From: Ministeria vibrans ATCC 50519
Taxonomy: Eukaryota; Protista; Filasterea
Direction of reading: 5' to 3'
Assembly: GCA_943704425.1 (NCBI GenBank)
Contig: CALSCP010002358.1
Coordinates: 1 to 40,695, forward strand
DNA length: 40,695 nt
Shown here: piece after piece, positions 1-9,361 of the stretch
Position numbering within the stretch: the stretch's first letter is position 1
Layout of the letters: every line of letters starts with the position of its first letter
The notes under the pieces: generated by a model
Told to the model about the DNA's origin: nothing
What the model saw: the letters and a program-made list of their open reading frames with translations, nothing else
The model's database searches: none
Translations under genes and position numbers: made by a program

Positions 1-2
1 GC

Positions 3-3000
3 GACACGGACGAGTGTGCGTCGAGCCCGTGCGAGAATGGGGCGACGTGCCACATGGGCATTGACATGTTTACGTGTGAGTGTGCGTGTGGATACGCCGG
101 CGTGACGTGCGCAACGAACATCAACGAGTGTGCGTCGAACCCGTGCGAGAATGGCGGGACATGCACTGACGGTGTGTGCGGCTACTCGTGTGCGTGCAAG
201 TCGGGCTTTACTGGCGAGCACTGTGAGACGGATGTGGATGAGTGCGGGTCGTCGCCGTGTCATAACGGTGGAACGTGCAACGATGGAGTGGACTCGTTTG
301 TGTGCGAGTGTGCATGCGGATGGGCTGGAACAATTTGTAATCAGCCTGTGAACGAGTGTGCGTCGAGTCCGTGCCAGAATGGCGGAAGCTGTATTGATTC
401 AGTATGCGGCTACAGTTGTTTCTGTGTCAGTGGATTCTTCGGCGCAAGTTGCGAGACGGACGTTGATGAGTGCGCATCGTCACCTTGCGAGAATGGTGGA
501 ACGTGCTCGACGGTGTCCATCGGCTCATTTATGTGCGACTGTGCATGTGGATATGAAGGAGTGACGTGCGGCACGAACACGAATGAGTGTGCGTCGAACC
601 CGTGTGCCAACGGGGGTACATGTGTGGACACTGTGTGTGGTTTCAGTTGCGTGTGCGTCGCTGGCTTTACTGGCGATGACTGTGCGACTGCCATTGACGG
701 CTGTTTGTCGTCGCCGTGTTTCAACGATGGTACTTGTATTGCGACGTTGGACACGATCACATGTTACTGTCAGCTGGGTTACACTGGACCGTTATGTGAA
801 ACGTCGACAGACCCGTGCGACTCGAGTCCGTGTGTCAACACTGGCACCTGCTCTTCGGTGCCGCCGTTTGGTTCGCTGTTGGCCCAGTCGTACAGTGGTG
901 GTGGTTTCAGCGTGAGCTCGACCAACACGCTTGTTGGGTACGAGTTTACCGTCAACGAGCATCTTATTGTGGCTGCGCTTGGTATGTTTATTGGATCGTT
1001 GCCGACGGTTCCTCAGCAAATCCAAGTGGGATTGCTTGAAGGCGTGACATTTTTGGCGCAGACTGTCGTGATGCCCGGCGGACCGGTTGCTGGTACGCCT
1101 GGTTTCAGGAACGCGATGGGCCTTTTGGATCAGACCATTCTGTTGTCACCTGGAACAGTGTACACGCTCGTAGCGGCGCCTGGCACTGTGGCTCACATAG
1201 TCCAGACACAGGTTGTGAACACGGTTCAATTTTCGGCCGAGTTCAACTTTATATCGTCTTTTGTGTACATTCCGGACGTACCAGGCGTTCTGCAAGTGCC
1301 TGTCGATTTGCAGGGTTTGTCGGAATTGCCACGTTTGTACCTCGGCCCGAACATTGCCAAGTTGGACGGAAACAGCGACTTTGAGTTTGATTGTGGCTGC
1401 CCGAGCGGCTACACTGGCGCACAGTGCGAGAGTGACTTGATGGAGTGCGCGTCGTCGCCGTGCAAGAACGGCGGAACGTGCCACGACGGCGCTGATTCGT
1501 ATGCGTGCGACTGTCCTACAGGGTTCACTGGCGTCGATTGCCAGAGTGTCTTTGACGAGTGTGCTTCATCACCGTGTTTGAACGGCGGCACATGCTCTGC
1601 AGGCGCCGTTTGCACTTGCAATGAGGGTTTCACTGGAATGGCATGTGAGTCTGAGATCCTTGTTTGCTCGTCGACGCCGTGTGCCAATGGTGGCACCTGC
1701 TCGGAACCGTTTGGTCAAGGATTTCCAATCTGCGAGTGCGCAAGCGGATTCACTGGGTTTGTTTGCGAGACAGAAGTGGACGAGTGTTTGTCGACTCCTT
1801 GTCTTAATGGCGCTACCTGTGTTGATCTTGTGAATCGGTACCGTTGCGTCTGTCCATGTGGCTTCGAGGGTGTGGTTTGTGCAAGTACTACCGAATTCTG
1901 TGCGTCCAACCCGTGCCTCAACGGCGGCTTCTGCGCCGAATCCTCTTGTGGTTTCACCTGTGCTTGCGCTCCGGGATATACCGGTGCTCTCTGTGACGCA
2001 GGTCTCGATGAATGTGCGTCGAGCCCGTGCAAGAACGGTGCCACATGTGTTGATGAGGCAAACGTTTTCTCGTGCACTTGCTCTTGCGGCTGGCAAGGCA
2101 CTACTTGCGAGACTGCCGTTGACGAGTGTGCCTCGTCGCCATGCCACAGCGGTGGTACGTGTGTTGATGGCTCATGCGGCTTTACTTGTACCTGTCCAAC
2201 AGGACGGTTTGGGTTGGACTGTTCGGCGACCACTGACGACTGTTCATCACAGCCATGCTTGAATGGAGGTGTATGCGAGAACACTGGCAACGGGTTTACT
2301 TGTAGCTGTCCTTGCGGATTTGAAGGCGCCGTATGCGCTACCAACACCAACGAATGCTCATCAAATCCGTGCTTCAGCGGTGCAACCTGTGTTGACGCAG
2401 TCTGTGGCTTCTCGTGTGTGTGCGCTGCCGGATACACTGGCGCTCACTGCGACGTGCTTATTGACCACTGCGAATCGAGTCCTTGCGAAAACGGCGGCGT
2501 TTGTGTCGACGAGCTTCTTGGCTATTCGTGCTCGTGTGCGTGTGGTTGGCAAGGTACACACTGTCAAACAAACGTTGACGAGTGTGCTTCGTCGCCTTGT
2601 CAGAGTGGCGGTACATGCATTGATAATGTCTGTGGTTTCACTTGCGTGTGCTTGCCCAACTTCTTTGGAAATGATTGTTCCGCAACCAGCGACGACTGTG
2701 CGTCGCAGCCGTGTGAGAATGGCGGCAGTTGCGAGAACACCGCTTCCGGCTTTGTCTGCGAGTGTTCTTGTGGTTTTGAGGGAGCTATATGCGCTGTTGA
2801 CACCAATGAATGTGCGAGCTTCCCGTGTCTGAACGGTGCAACCTGTGTCGATTCTGTGTGTGGGTTTGCGTGCCTGTGTGCTGTGGGCATGACCGGCACC
2901 CTTTGCGACACCACCATTAACGAGTGTGCATCAAATCCGTGCGAGAATGGGGCGACCTGTCACAATCAATTCAATTCCTTCTCGTGTACATGTCCGTGTG

Positions 3001-6000
3001 GATGGGAGGGTACTCTATGCGAATTCAACGTGGATGAGTGTGCCTCATCGCCATGTCTCAATGGCGGTGTCTGTAACGATGCGACTTGCGGCTTCTCCTG
3101 TAGCTGTCCCGTTGGTTTCTTTGGACACGACTGCTCTGCTACCGGTGACCATTGTGCCTCGCAGCCTTGCGAGAATGGTGCCACTTGCGAGAATACTGCC
3201 AGCGGCTTTACGTGCACATGCGCGTCTGGGTTCTTTGGAAGCACCTGTAGCAATATGGGATCAGGTGGCGGTGGTGGCTCTGGCGGGTACGGCAGTGGCT
3301 GTGCTCAGTGCCGCACGTACTTTGTGAATGATACTTGCGAGTGTCTGCCAGGCTTCTTTGGTGTGAATTGTAGTATGGTTGTTGATGAGTGCGAGTCATC
3401 GCCGTGTCTTAACAACGGAGTGTGCATTGCGCCGTCGTGGCGCGGCCCTCTGCCTGAGTCCTTTGAGAACATTCTTGTTGGCGGCCTACCGTTTGATTGG
3501 TATGCACAATCGTCGTCGGGCGCGGCTCTCACTTGGAATGTGACGGACACGGAGGGTGTGCATTCAGTACACGTGCCCAGTCCACTTGAGAGTGTCGCCT
3601 TCAATGCGACTCTGACGTCGTCGTTGGTGTACCTTTTGTCAACTTCTGTGATACTTCGTTTCGAGCATAAGTTTGTGACTGAATTTGGCTTTGACGGCGG
3701 CGTGCTGGAGATGTCGCGCGATTGCGGAGACTTTGTCGACGTGATGTTGACAAACGCGACCTTTGTCATGGGCGGTTACAACCTTGAGACGGCGTCGTCG
3801 ACGACGCTGGTGGGCTCGAGTGGACTTGCGGGGCGTCGAGCCTGGACAGGTTCCTCGCAAGGATTCGCCACGGTTGAGTTGCTCCTGCCCGAGACGACTG
3901 TGAATGAGACTGTACGATTCCGCTGGCGATTTGCGGCTGACTCGTCGCAAGGCACCGATGTCGGCTGGTTTGTTGACAACGTCGAGCTTTTGCCCGCTGA
4001 TGGGTCAGACTTTGGCACCGCACGCTGTGACTGTGGTAGTGGATTCATTGGCGAGTGGTGTGAAACGGCAGTTGCAGTGTGCTCGAGCTCGCCGTGCAGC
4101 AACGGTGGCACATGCATCCCGTTGAGCGCCACCACCCATTCGTGTTTGTGTGCCTCGGGGTACACGGGCACGTCGTGCGAGATGGAGGTGAATGAATGCG
4201 ATTCATCACCTTGCCAGAATGGCGCCACTTGTAGTGACTTTATCGATGGCCTGTTGTGCACATGTTCCGCTGGGTTTACGGGTCTTCAATGCGAGGAGAA
4301 CATTGATGAATGCCTTTCCTCGCCTTGTAGTGCCTTCTTTGACTGCGTGGACTCGGTGAATGGCTACACGTGTGTGTGCCAGGCGGGTCTGACGGGCCCT
4401 TCGTGCACAATAGACATTGACGAGTGTGACTCGTCGCCGTGTGCAGCGAGTGCCACCTGCGTGAACAATGCGAATGCGTTTGCGTGCAACTGTGCTGCCG
4501 GGTTTTCGGGTGTTCTTTGTGACACGGACATTGACGAGTGTGGCTCGTCGCCGTGCGCATCTGGTGCCACGTGTGTAAATGGCGAGGCGATGTTTACTTG
4601 TGTTTGTGCCGCGGGGTATTCGGGTGTGTCGTGCGACGTGGATATTGATGAATGTGCGTCGTCGCCATGCTCGAGTGGTGCTGCCACCCACTGTGTGGAT
4701 GCTTTGAATGGATACGTCTGTACGTGTCCGCCCGGCTTGACGGGCTCACTTTGCGACGTGGACATTGCCGAGTGTGCCTCGACACCGTGTGAAAATGGTG
4801 GTACTTGTGTGGAGAGTCTCAATGGGTTTTCGTGTACGTGCCTCAGCGGTTTTAGTGGCGCGACGTGCTCCAACAACGACGATGACTGTACTTCTTCACC
4901 ATGTGTTGGTCCATTCAGTTTGTGTCTTGACGGCATGGCGTCGTACGTATGCGCTTGTCCGGCTGGGTTCACGGGTGCTTCATGTGAAACGATGATTGAC
5001 GAGTGCATGTCATCGCCCTGTTTGAATGGCGCGACCTGTGTGGATGCGGCTAGTGCCTTTTCGTGCATGTGCGCTGCGGGGTTCACCGGCAGCGACTGTT
5101 CGGTGGACGTCGACGAGTGTGCCTCGCAGCCGTGTGCTAACGGTGGTACGTGCACGGACGGCATCAATGGATTTACCTGCGTCTGTTCGCTTGCGTATGT
5201 TGGAGCGCAGTGTGAGACGACGTTGCCTTTGTGTGACAGTTCGCCATGTCTGAACGGCGAGTGCTCTGTCGTGCACAATGGCTGGGTTTGTACGTGTGTT
5301 GTGGGTTATGTGGGTGCTACTTGTGACGTGGATGTAGATGAGTGCGCGTCATCACCATGTGCTGTGGGCGCTACATGTGTAGAGGGGCGGACCTGGCTGG
5401 GACCCTTCCCGGTTGATTTTGATGAAAGTCTCACGGCGGATGTGGACGAGGGTTTCTCGTCGGTGTCGCTGGTGGGCACGAACTCGTTCAGTCTAACGAG
5501 TGGTGGTCTCTCTGTGAGCGGTGCTAATGCGATGTTCATTGCGAACATGGCCGAGGCGTCCGACACGGTCTTTGTGTCGCCTATGCTGTACGTGTCTGAG
5601 TCAGGAATGGCGATTAGCTTTTGGCAGCGCATGGAAGTTGAATCCGGTTTTGATGGTGCAGTCCTTGAAATTTCTGTCATGGGCGCGCCCTACGCGGAGT
5701 TTGAGGCTCTCGGGGGCACATTTTCTGAGGGCGGCTACAACGGCGTGATGGGCCCGTCGACAGTTTTGCATGGATCGTCGGCGTGGACCGGCTCGACAGG
5801 CTTCTTCAAGACGGTGGCGCATCTGCCGTCGTTTGTGACGGGCAACAAATTCCGGCTTCGTTGGCGTTTTGTGTCGGACCCTTCAGTGGCGGTTGCCGAC
5901 CAAGGCTGGTGGATTGATTCGCTTGAGATTTTACCGTCTACATCAGCGCTGCTTGTTGACTCGTTTGTGTGCTTGTGTCCCGATGGGTTTGCGGGCGAGC

Positions 6001-7622
6001 GATGTCTTGAGCCGGTTCAGACGTCAGGTGGTCCCGTTGTGGACTGGCACCTGAGCATGGAGCAGAGTGACACGACGTACATGTCGGCGGTCACGTCAGG
6101 GGTGGTCGCAGACGCGTTTGCGAGCCCCGGTATGAGTGTTTCGGAGCTCGTGGAGAGTTCGGCCACGGCGCGTTTTGAGTTTTACGCGAGTGCGCCCGGA
6201 CTCAGCTATCAGGTGTCTTGGGTGTACGACGATGTGACGGTGCTTGGATCAAGTCTGGTGACCAACGCGTCGTACACGTCAAGCATGCCGACGACACCCA
6301 TGTCGTTGACACTCTTCAACTGGTGTGAGCGTCAGGGTGTGACGCGCACCATTATGCAATGGCGTTTTGAAAATACGACCTCTGGTGATGTACTTGGTGT
6401 CACTTCGGTGTCGTTCCTGGTGAATTGCACGGGGGCCGATGCGGCTGCCTCTGTGGTTCCCGATGGCTCTGCGCACGTTATCACACTTCCGTCCCAGCAG
6501 GCACGGCTTGTGTTTTCGCCGTCACACGCGCCAGTCTCGGCGAGCGTGAGTTTGTCGGCGATCAGCGACTCAAGCCAGAGTGCCTGGTTTGTGCAACAGT
6601 TGGGCGCCTCGACCAACCTGGTGACGCCCTTCTTCCGAATGGTTCCCCACGGAGAGACTCACCCGGTGCCCGTGTGTCTTGTCGTGAAGATGAGTGCTGC
6701 GTTTGTGGCGGCCGGTGACGTGAGTGGTCTGACTGTGTATCGTACGGACACGGAAATGTCGGACACGTGGACGCGTCTCAATGTGACCGCGTCGGGACCG
6801 CTGGCAGTCATGTCGATGAACTTTGGTACGGGCGAGCTGACGGTGTGCCTGCGCACCTTTAGCATTGTGGCTGTGGTTGATGGTGATGCGAGTCCGTCTG
6901 GCTCGTCTGAGGGCGCGTCGACCAACATTAGCGTGACGGTAGGTGTTGCTTCGGGTCTTCTCTTTATTTTGGTGGCTCTCTTTGTGGGCCGTCGACGCCA
7001 GACGAGTGCTCAGGCGGTGATTGTTGCTGCGGCGGCAGTACCCATGTCGCGCGAATCATCAAGCCGCTCTACCATTGTAATGAGTGAGACGACCAACTCC
7101 GTGCAGTCGCTGGGACCGCTGAGTGAAGGCGAATCGAAGCGCGAGGCTGGCGATGTGCTTGAGGATTCGCACACACGCAATACTTTCTTGAGTGAAGACT
7201 ACTCTGTGATTGGCGATGAGGACACGGCAACACGCTCTGTGTCACTGCGCTACAAGCGCGTGCCTGTGCCGCTTGTGACATCGCAAGGTCGCTCCATGGC
7301 GCCTCTCGGTGCTATAGTGGCGGGCATTCCAAGCGACGACGCGCGTACTGACGAGTCATCCGCGGACGGAGCGAGCACAACGTTGTCGCCCATGAGCTCG
7401 ACAGATATGGCGGCAACCACCTCTGAGGGTTCGTTTGATTCGATAGACGGTGGACTGCGCCGCATGTCGTGGACCGAGCACTCGATCCGACACTCCATGG
7501 CGGTGCGACCTCCACCGACTGGAAGCATTGTCGAGCGCATGCGCGAGGATGCACTGCGTCATTCGGCGAGCGAGTCCGACGAGGACGTCTACCGCTCAAC
7601 GTGGACCTCGGACGAGAACTGA
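3..7622 (+). CDS. Giant EGF-repeat single-pass membrane protein (5' end outside window): ~38 EGF/cbEGF repeats, one DUF4082-like and two InhA/MAM-like inserted domains, ZU5-like domain, TM, Ser/Thr-rich tail
   Basis: The frame is open from nt 3 (DTDECASSPCENGATC), so ATG54 is internal. Repeats fit DxxECxSxPCxNGGTC...CxCxxGF/YxGxxC. TM SVTVGVASGLLFILVALFV-GRRRQ lies at ~6930-6988 and the stop is TGA 7620-7622. There is no intron in 7.6 kb, and no ankyrin/LNR (not Notch) or LamG/ERLI (not Crumbs). Confidence 0.93.
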   Translation, partial: DTDECASSPCENGATCHMGIDMFTCECACGYAGVTCATNINECASNPCENGGTCTDGVCGYSCACKSGFTGEHCETDVDECGSSPCHNGGTCNDGVDSFVCECACGWAGTICNQPVNECASSPCQNGGSCIDSVCGYSCFCVSGFFGASCETDVDECASSPCENGGTCSTVSIGSFMCDCACGYEGVTCGTNTNECASNPCANGGTCVDTVCGFSCVCVAGFTGDDCATAIDGCLSSPCFNDGTCIATLDTITCYCQLGYTGPLCETSTDPCDSSPCVNTGTCSSVPPFGSLLAQSYSGGGFSVSSTNTLVGYEFTVNEHLIVAALGMFIGSLPTVPQQIQVGLLEGVTFLAQTVVMPGGPVAGTPGFRNAMGLLDQTILLSPGTVYTLVAAPGTVAHIVQTQVVNTVQFSAEFNFISSFVYIPDVPGVLQVPVDLQGLSELPRLYLGPNIAKLDGNSDFEFDCGCPSGYTGAQCESDLMECASSPCKNGGTCHDGADSYACDCPTGFTGVDCQSVFDECASSPCLNGGTCSAGAVCTCNEGFTGMACESEILVCSSTPCANGGTCSEPFGQGFPICECASGFTGFVCETEVDECLSTPCLNGATCVDLVNRYRCVCPCGFEGVVCASTTEFCASNPCLNGGFCAESSCGFTCACAPGYTGALCDAGLDECASSPCKNGATCVDEANVFSCTCSCGWQGTTCETAVDECASSPCHSGGTCVDGSCGFTCTCPTGRFGLDCSATTDDCSSQPCLNGGVCENTGNGFTCSCPCGFEGAVCATNTNECSSNPCFSGATCVDAVCGFSCVCAAGYTGAHCDVLIDHCESSPCENGGVCVDELLGYSCSCACGWQGTHCQTNVDECASSPCQSGGTCIDNVCGFTCVCLPNFFGNDCSATSDDCASQPCENGGSCENTASGFVCECSCGFEGAICAVDTNECASFPCLNGATCVDSVCGFACLCAVGMTGTLCDTTINECASNPCENGATCHNQFNSFSCTCPCGWEGTLCEFNVDECASSPCLNGGVCNDATCGFSCSCPVGFFGHDCSATGDHCASQPCENGATCENTASGFTCTCASGFFGSTCSNMGSGGGGGSGGYGSGCAQCRTYFVNDTCECLPGFFGVNCSMVVDECESSPCLNNGVCIAPSWRGPLPESFENILVGGLPFDWYAQSSSGAALTWNVTDTEGVHSVHVPSPLESVAFNATLTSSLVYLLSTSVILRFEHKFVTEFGFDGGVLEMSRDCGDFVDVMLTNATFVMGGYNLETASSTTLVGSSGLAGRRAWTGSSQGFATVELLLPETTVNETVRFRWRFAADSSQGTDVGWFVDNVELLPADGSDFGTARCDCGSGFIGEWCETAVAVCSSSPCSNGGTCIPLSATTHSCLCASGYTGTSCEMEVNECDSSPCQNGATCSDFIDGLLCTCSAGFTGLQCEENIDECLSSPCSAFFDCVDSVNGYTCVCQAGLTGPSCTIDIDECDSSPCAASATCVNNANAFACNCAAGFSGVLCDTDIDECGSSPCASGATCVNGEAMFTCVCAAGYSGVSCDVDIDECASSPCSSGAATHCVDALNGYVCTCPPGLTGSLCDVDIAECASTPCENGGTCVESLNGFSCTCLSGFSGATCSNNDDDCTSSPCVGPFSLCLDGMASYVCACPAGFTGASCETMIDECMSSPCLNGATCVDAASAFSCMCAAGFTGSDCSVDVDECASQPCANGGTCTDGINGFTCVCSLAYVGAQCETTLPLCDSSPCLNGECSVVHNGWVCTCVVGYVGATCDVDVDECASSPCAVGATCVEGRTWLGPFPVDFDESLTADVDEGFSSVSLVGTNSFSLTSGGLSVSGANAMFIANMAEASDTVFVSPMLYVSESGMAISFWQRMEVESGFDGAVLEISVMGAPYAEFEALGGTFSEGGYNGVMGPSTVLHGSSAWTGSTGFFKTVAHLPSFVTGNKFRLRWRFVSDPSVAVADQGWWIDSLEILPSTSALLVDSFVCLCPDGFAGERCLEPVQTSGGPVVDWHLSMEQSDTTYMSAVTSGVVADAFASPGMSVSELVESSATARFEFYASAPGLSYQVSWVYDDVTVLGSSLVTNASYTSSMPTTPMSLTLFNWCERQGVTRTIMQWRFENTTSGDVLGVTSVSFLVNCTGADAAASVVPDGSAHVITLPSQQARLVFSPSHAPVSASVSLSAISDSSQSAWFVQQLGASTNLVTPFFRMVPHGETHPVPVCLVVKMSAAFVAAGDVSGLTVYRTDTEMSDTWTRLNVTASGPLAVMSMNFGTGELTVCLRTFSIVAVVDGDASPSGSSEGASTNISVTVGVASGLLFILVALFVGRRRQTSAQAVIVAAAAVPMSRESSSRSTIVMSETTNSVQSLGPLSEGESKREAGDVLEDSHTRNTFLSEDYSVIGDEDTATRSVSLRYKRVPVPLVTSQGRSMAPLGAIVAGIPSDDARTDESSADGASTTLSPMSSTDMAATTSEGSFDSIDGGLRRMSWTEHSIRHSMAVRPPPTGSIVERMREDALRHSASESDEDVYRSTWTSDEN
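852..1391 (+). other. DUF4082-like beta-sandwich inserted between Cys3 and Cys4 of an EGF repeat
   Basis: VGYEFTVNEHLIVAALGMF...IQVGL...LAQTVV...GFR...ILLSPGTVYTLVA, flanked by CDSSPCVNTGTC and FDCGCPSGYTGAQC. Family recognised from memory of bacterial surface-protein motifs. Confidence 0.6.
3426..4025 (+). other. InhA(M6)/M36-associated MAM-like beta-sandwich, copy 1, inserted in an EGF
   Basis: LRFEHKFVTEFGFDGGVLEMS...GGYN...AWTGSSQGF...VRFRWRFAADSS...GWFVDNV, flanked by CESSPCLNNGVC and RCDCGSGFIGEWC. Confidence 0.65.
5379..5969 (+). other. InhA/M36-associated MAM-like beta-sandwich, copy 2, inserted in an EGF
   Basis: FVSP...ISFWQRMEVESGFDGAVLEIS...GGYNG...AWTGSTGF...FRLRWRFVSD...GWWIDSL, flanked by CASSPCAVGATC and FVCLCPDGFAGERC. 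Clearly paralogous to copy 1. Confidence 0.65.
6460..6880 (+). other. ZU5-like juxtamembrane domain
   Basis: LVTPFFRMVPHGETHPVPVCLVV...LTVYRTD...WTRL...LRTFSIVAVV fits the ZU5 pattern SP..xxPxGxxFxxPVxL..W..(H)FS. Confidence 0.5.
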
Positions 7623-7643
7623 GAAACGAGAGAAAAGAAGGAA

Positions 7644-7830
<187 letters not shown>

Positions 7831-8549
7831 AACGAGAGAGACATAATGCGAGAACGAGAGAGTCAGAGCTGTTTACAATAAAAGAAGCAAAATAATTATT
7901 TCAAGTTCAAAAGGGAGTTGCCGGTGTCATGAATATCATTACATAAAAGAACAAAAAGTCAATTAATTTTGCAACCTGACATCGCGCGCCTCGTGCGTGC
8001 CCAAGGTGTACTCTGTGAAAGGACCTCGGGTCGTGCGCATTGATTGTTTCCATGTCCCCTGTGCTTCCTGACACAACTGAAGGTACCCCAATTAACGCGT
8101 GAGAGGCAGGTTAGGACGCACTCGCATAAATCGCCTTCAAAACGTTCTGCTTGCACCGTCTTCTTTGCCCAAAGTCTCCGGAAACCCTCAGGCGGCCACC
8201 CAGCTGGCTTCCCGCAGCAGTCAGTGCCATGTATAGCGACGCATAGCCGCAACCGCTACCAGACCTAATCGAGACCCAATCTTTGTCTCCTTCCTTCGGG
8301 TACCGCCCCTCCAATCCGTCTGCCCGACCCGTACCCGCCTCAGGGCACAGATGAAATTATTATTATTATTATTATTATTAGAATACAACCCATTTTTATT
8401 ATTATTATAATTAATTTTATTGTTTTATTTGCTGACGGAAAGTTACTAAGGTCTAAGAATTTTTTTAAGTAAGTTCTTTTCTTTCTCTTGATTGCTTGCG
8501 TACCTAGGTAATAGGAATACATCAACCTACGCGGTGTCTACGAAGACCC

Positions 8550-8551
<2 letters not shown>

Positions 8552-8589
<38 letters not shown>
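8552..8589. repeat. (GT)n microsatellite
   Basis: Seen directly. Confidence 0.95.
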
Positions 8590-8593
<4 letters not shown>

Positions 8594-9361
8594 CCCACAT
8601 TATCGCGTGGAGATTGTCAAAGGTTTCGTTTTCGTTTCGTTTGTTTCAGCTCCCAGTCAGTGAGCTCTTCAGGGCGTTAATAGCCAATAATCGTCTTCGC
8701 ACCGTCTGCACGAAACGATGGAATCCACCTTTGGTATCCGCTTTGGCTCAGAACCTCGCGGCACAAGTTGGTGCGCAAACCAATCGCTATCCATATTTCA
8801 TCCATATTCTTTTTTTTTTTGATCGCCCATGTTGAATTATCCCCGGGGGGTACCCCGTAGCAGTCGGTGTTTATGGCGTGATTGCTGCTCCATGCCTCCA
8901 TCCATTGTGTTGGCGACACTCAAAGCCCTGTCCTAACCTTGTCGCGTTTTCTTTTATCTCTCTTTGTGATTTTGCTCAACTCCACTGCCGAATTTGGAAA
9001 GGGCCGGACAGGATCATGTCAGTGTGCCCTGTGTGGGGGGGTTCTCTCTCTCTTGCTCTCCGCACTTTGCTCGCTGGCTTGCTTCTCTACATGGAAGTCG
9101 CACTCTTCTGCAGTGCATCGACTCGTTTTCGTTGTTGAAACGAAGTTGAAACTGTGTCCTGTGGGAAAACGGAGACTCTCTCCGTGCCCCCGTGCCAGCC
9201 ACCGTCGTTTATTTACTTGTCACTTTAGCGATACGGCTACCCAATTGGGAACGGGCGTACATTTTTTTTTTTCGCATTCTCGCTTAAAGAAAGACCGAGA
9301 GAGTTATCGCTTATTTGGTTTTTGTGTAGACTCTTCGCAGACACACGAGAAAAAAAAAGTC

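Noticed and set aside
54-7622. Calling the giant EGF protein Notch, Crumbs or fibropellin, and ATG54 as its start
   Set aside because: No LNR, ankyrin, LamG, ERLI, CUB or avidin features are visible. The frame is open upstream mid-EGF and there is no signal peptide.
8882-9361. N-terminal 160-aa extension of the 834-aa ORF
   Set aside because: Non-ATG start and poly-T/poly-A runs. A clean signal peptide begins at ATG9362.
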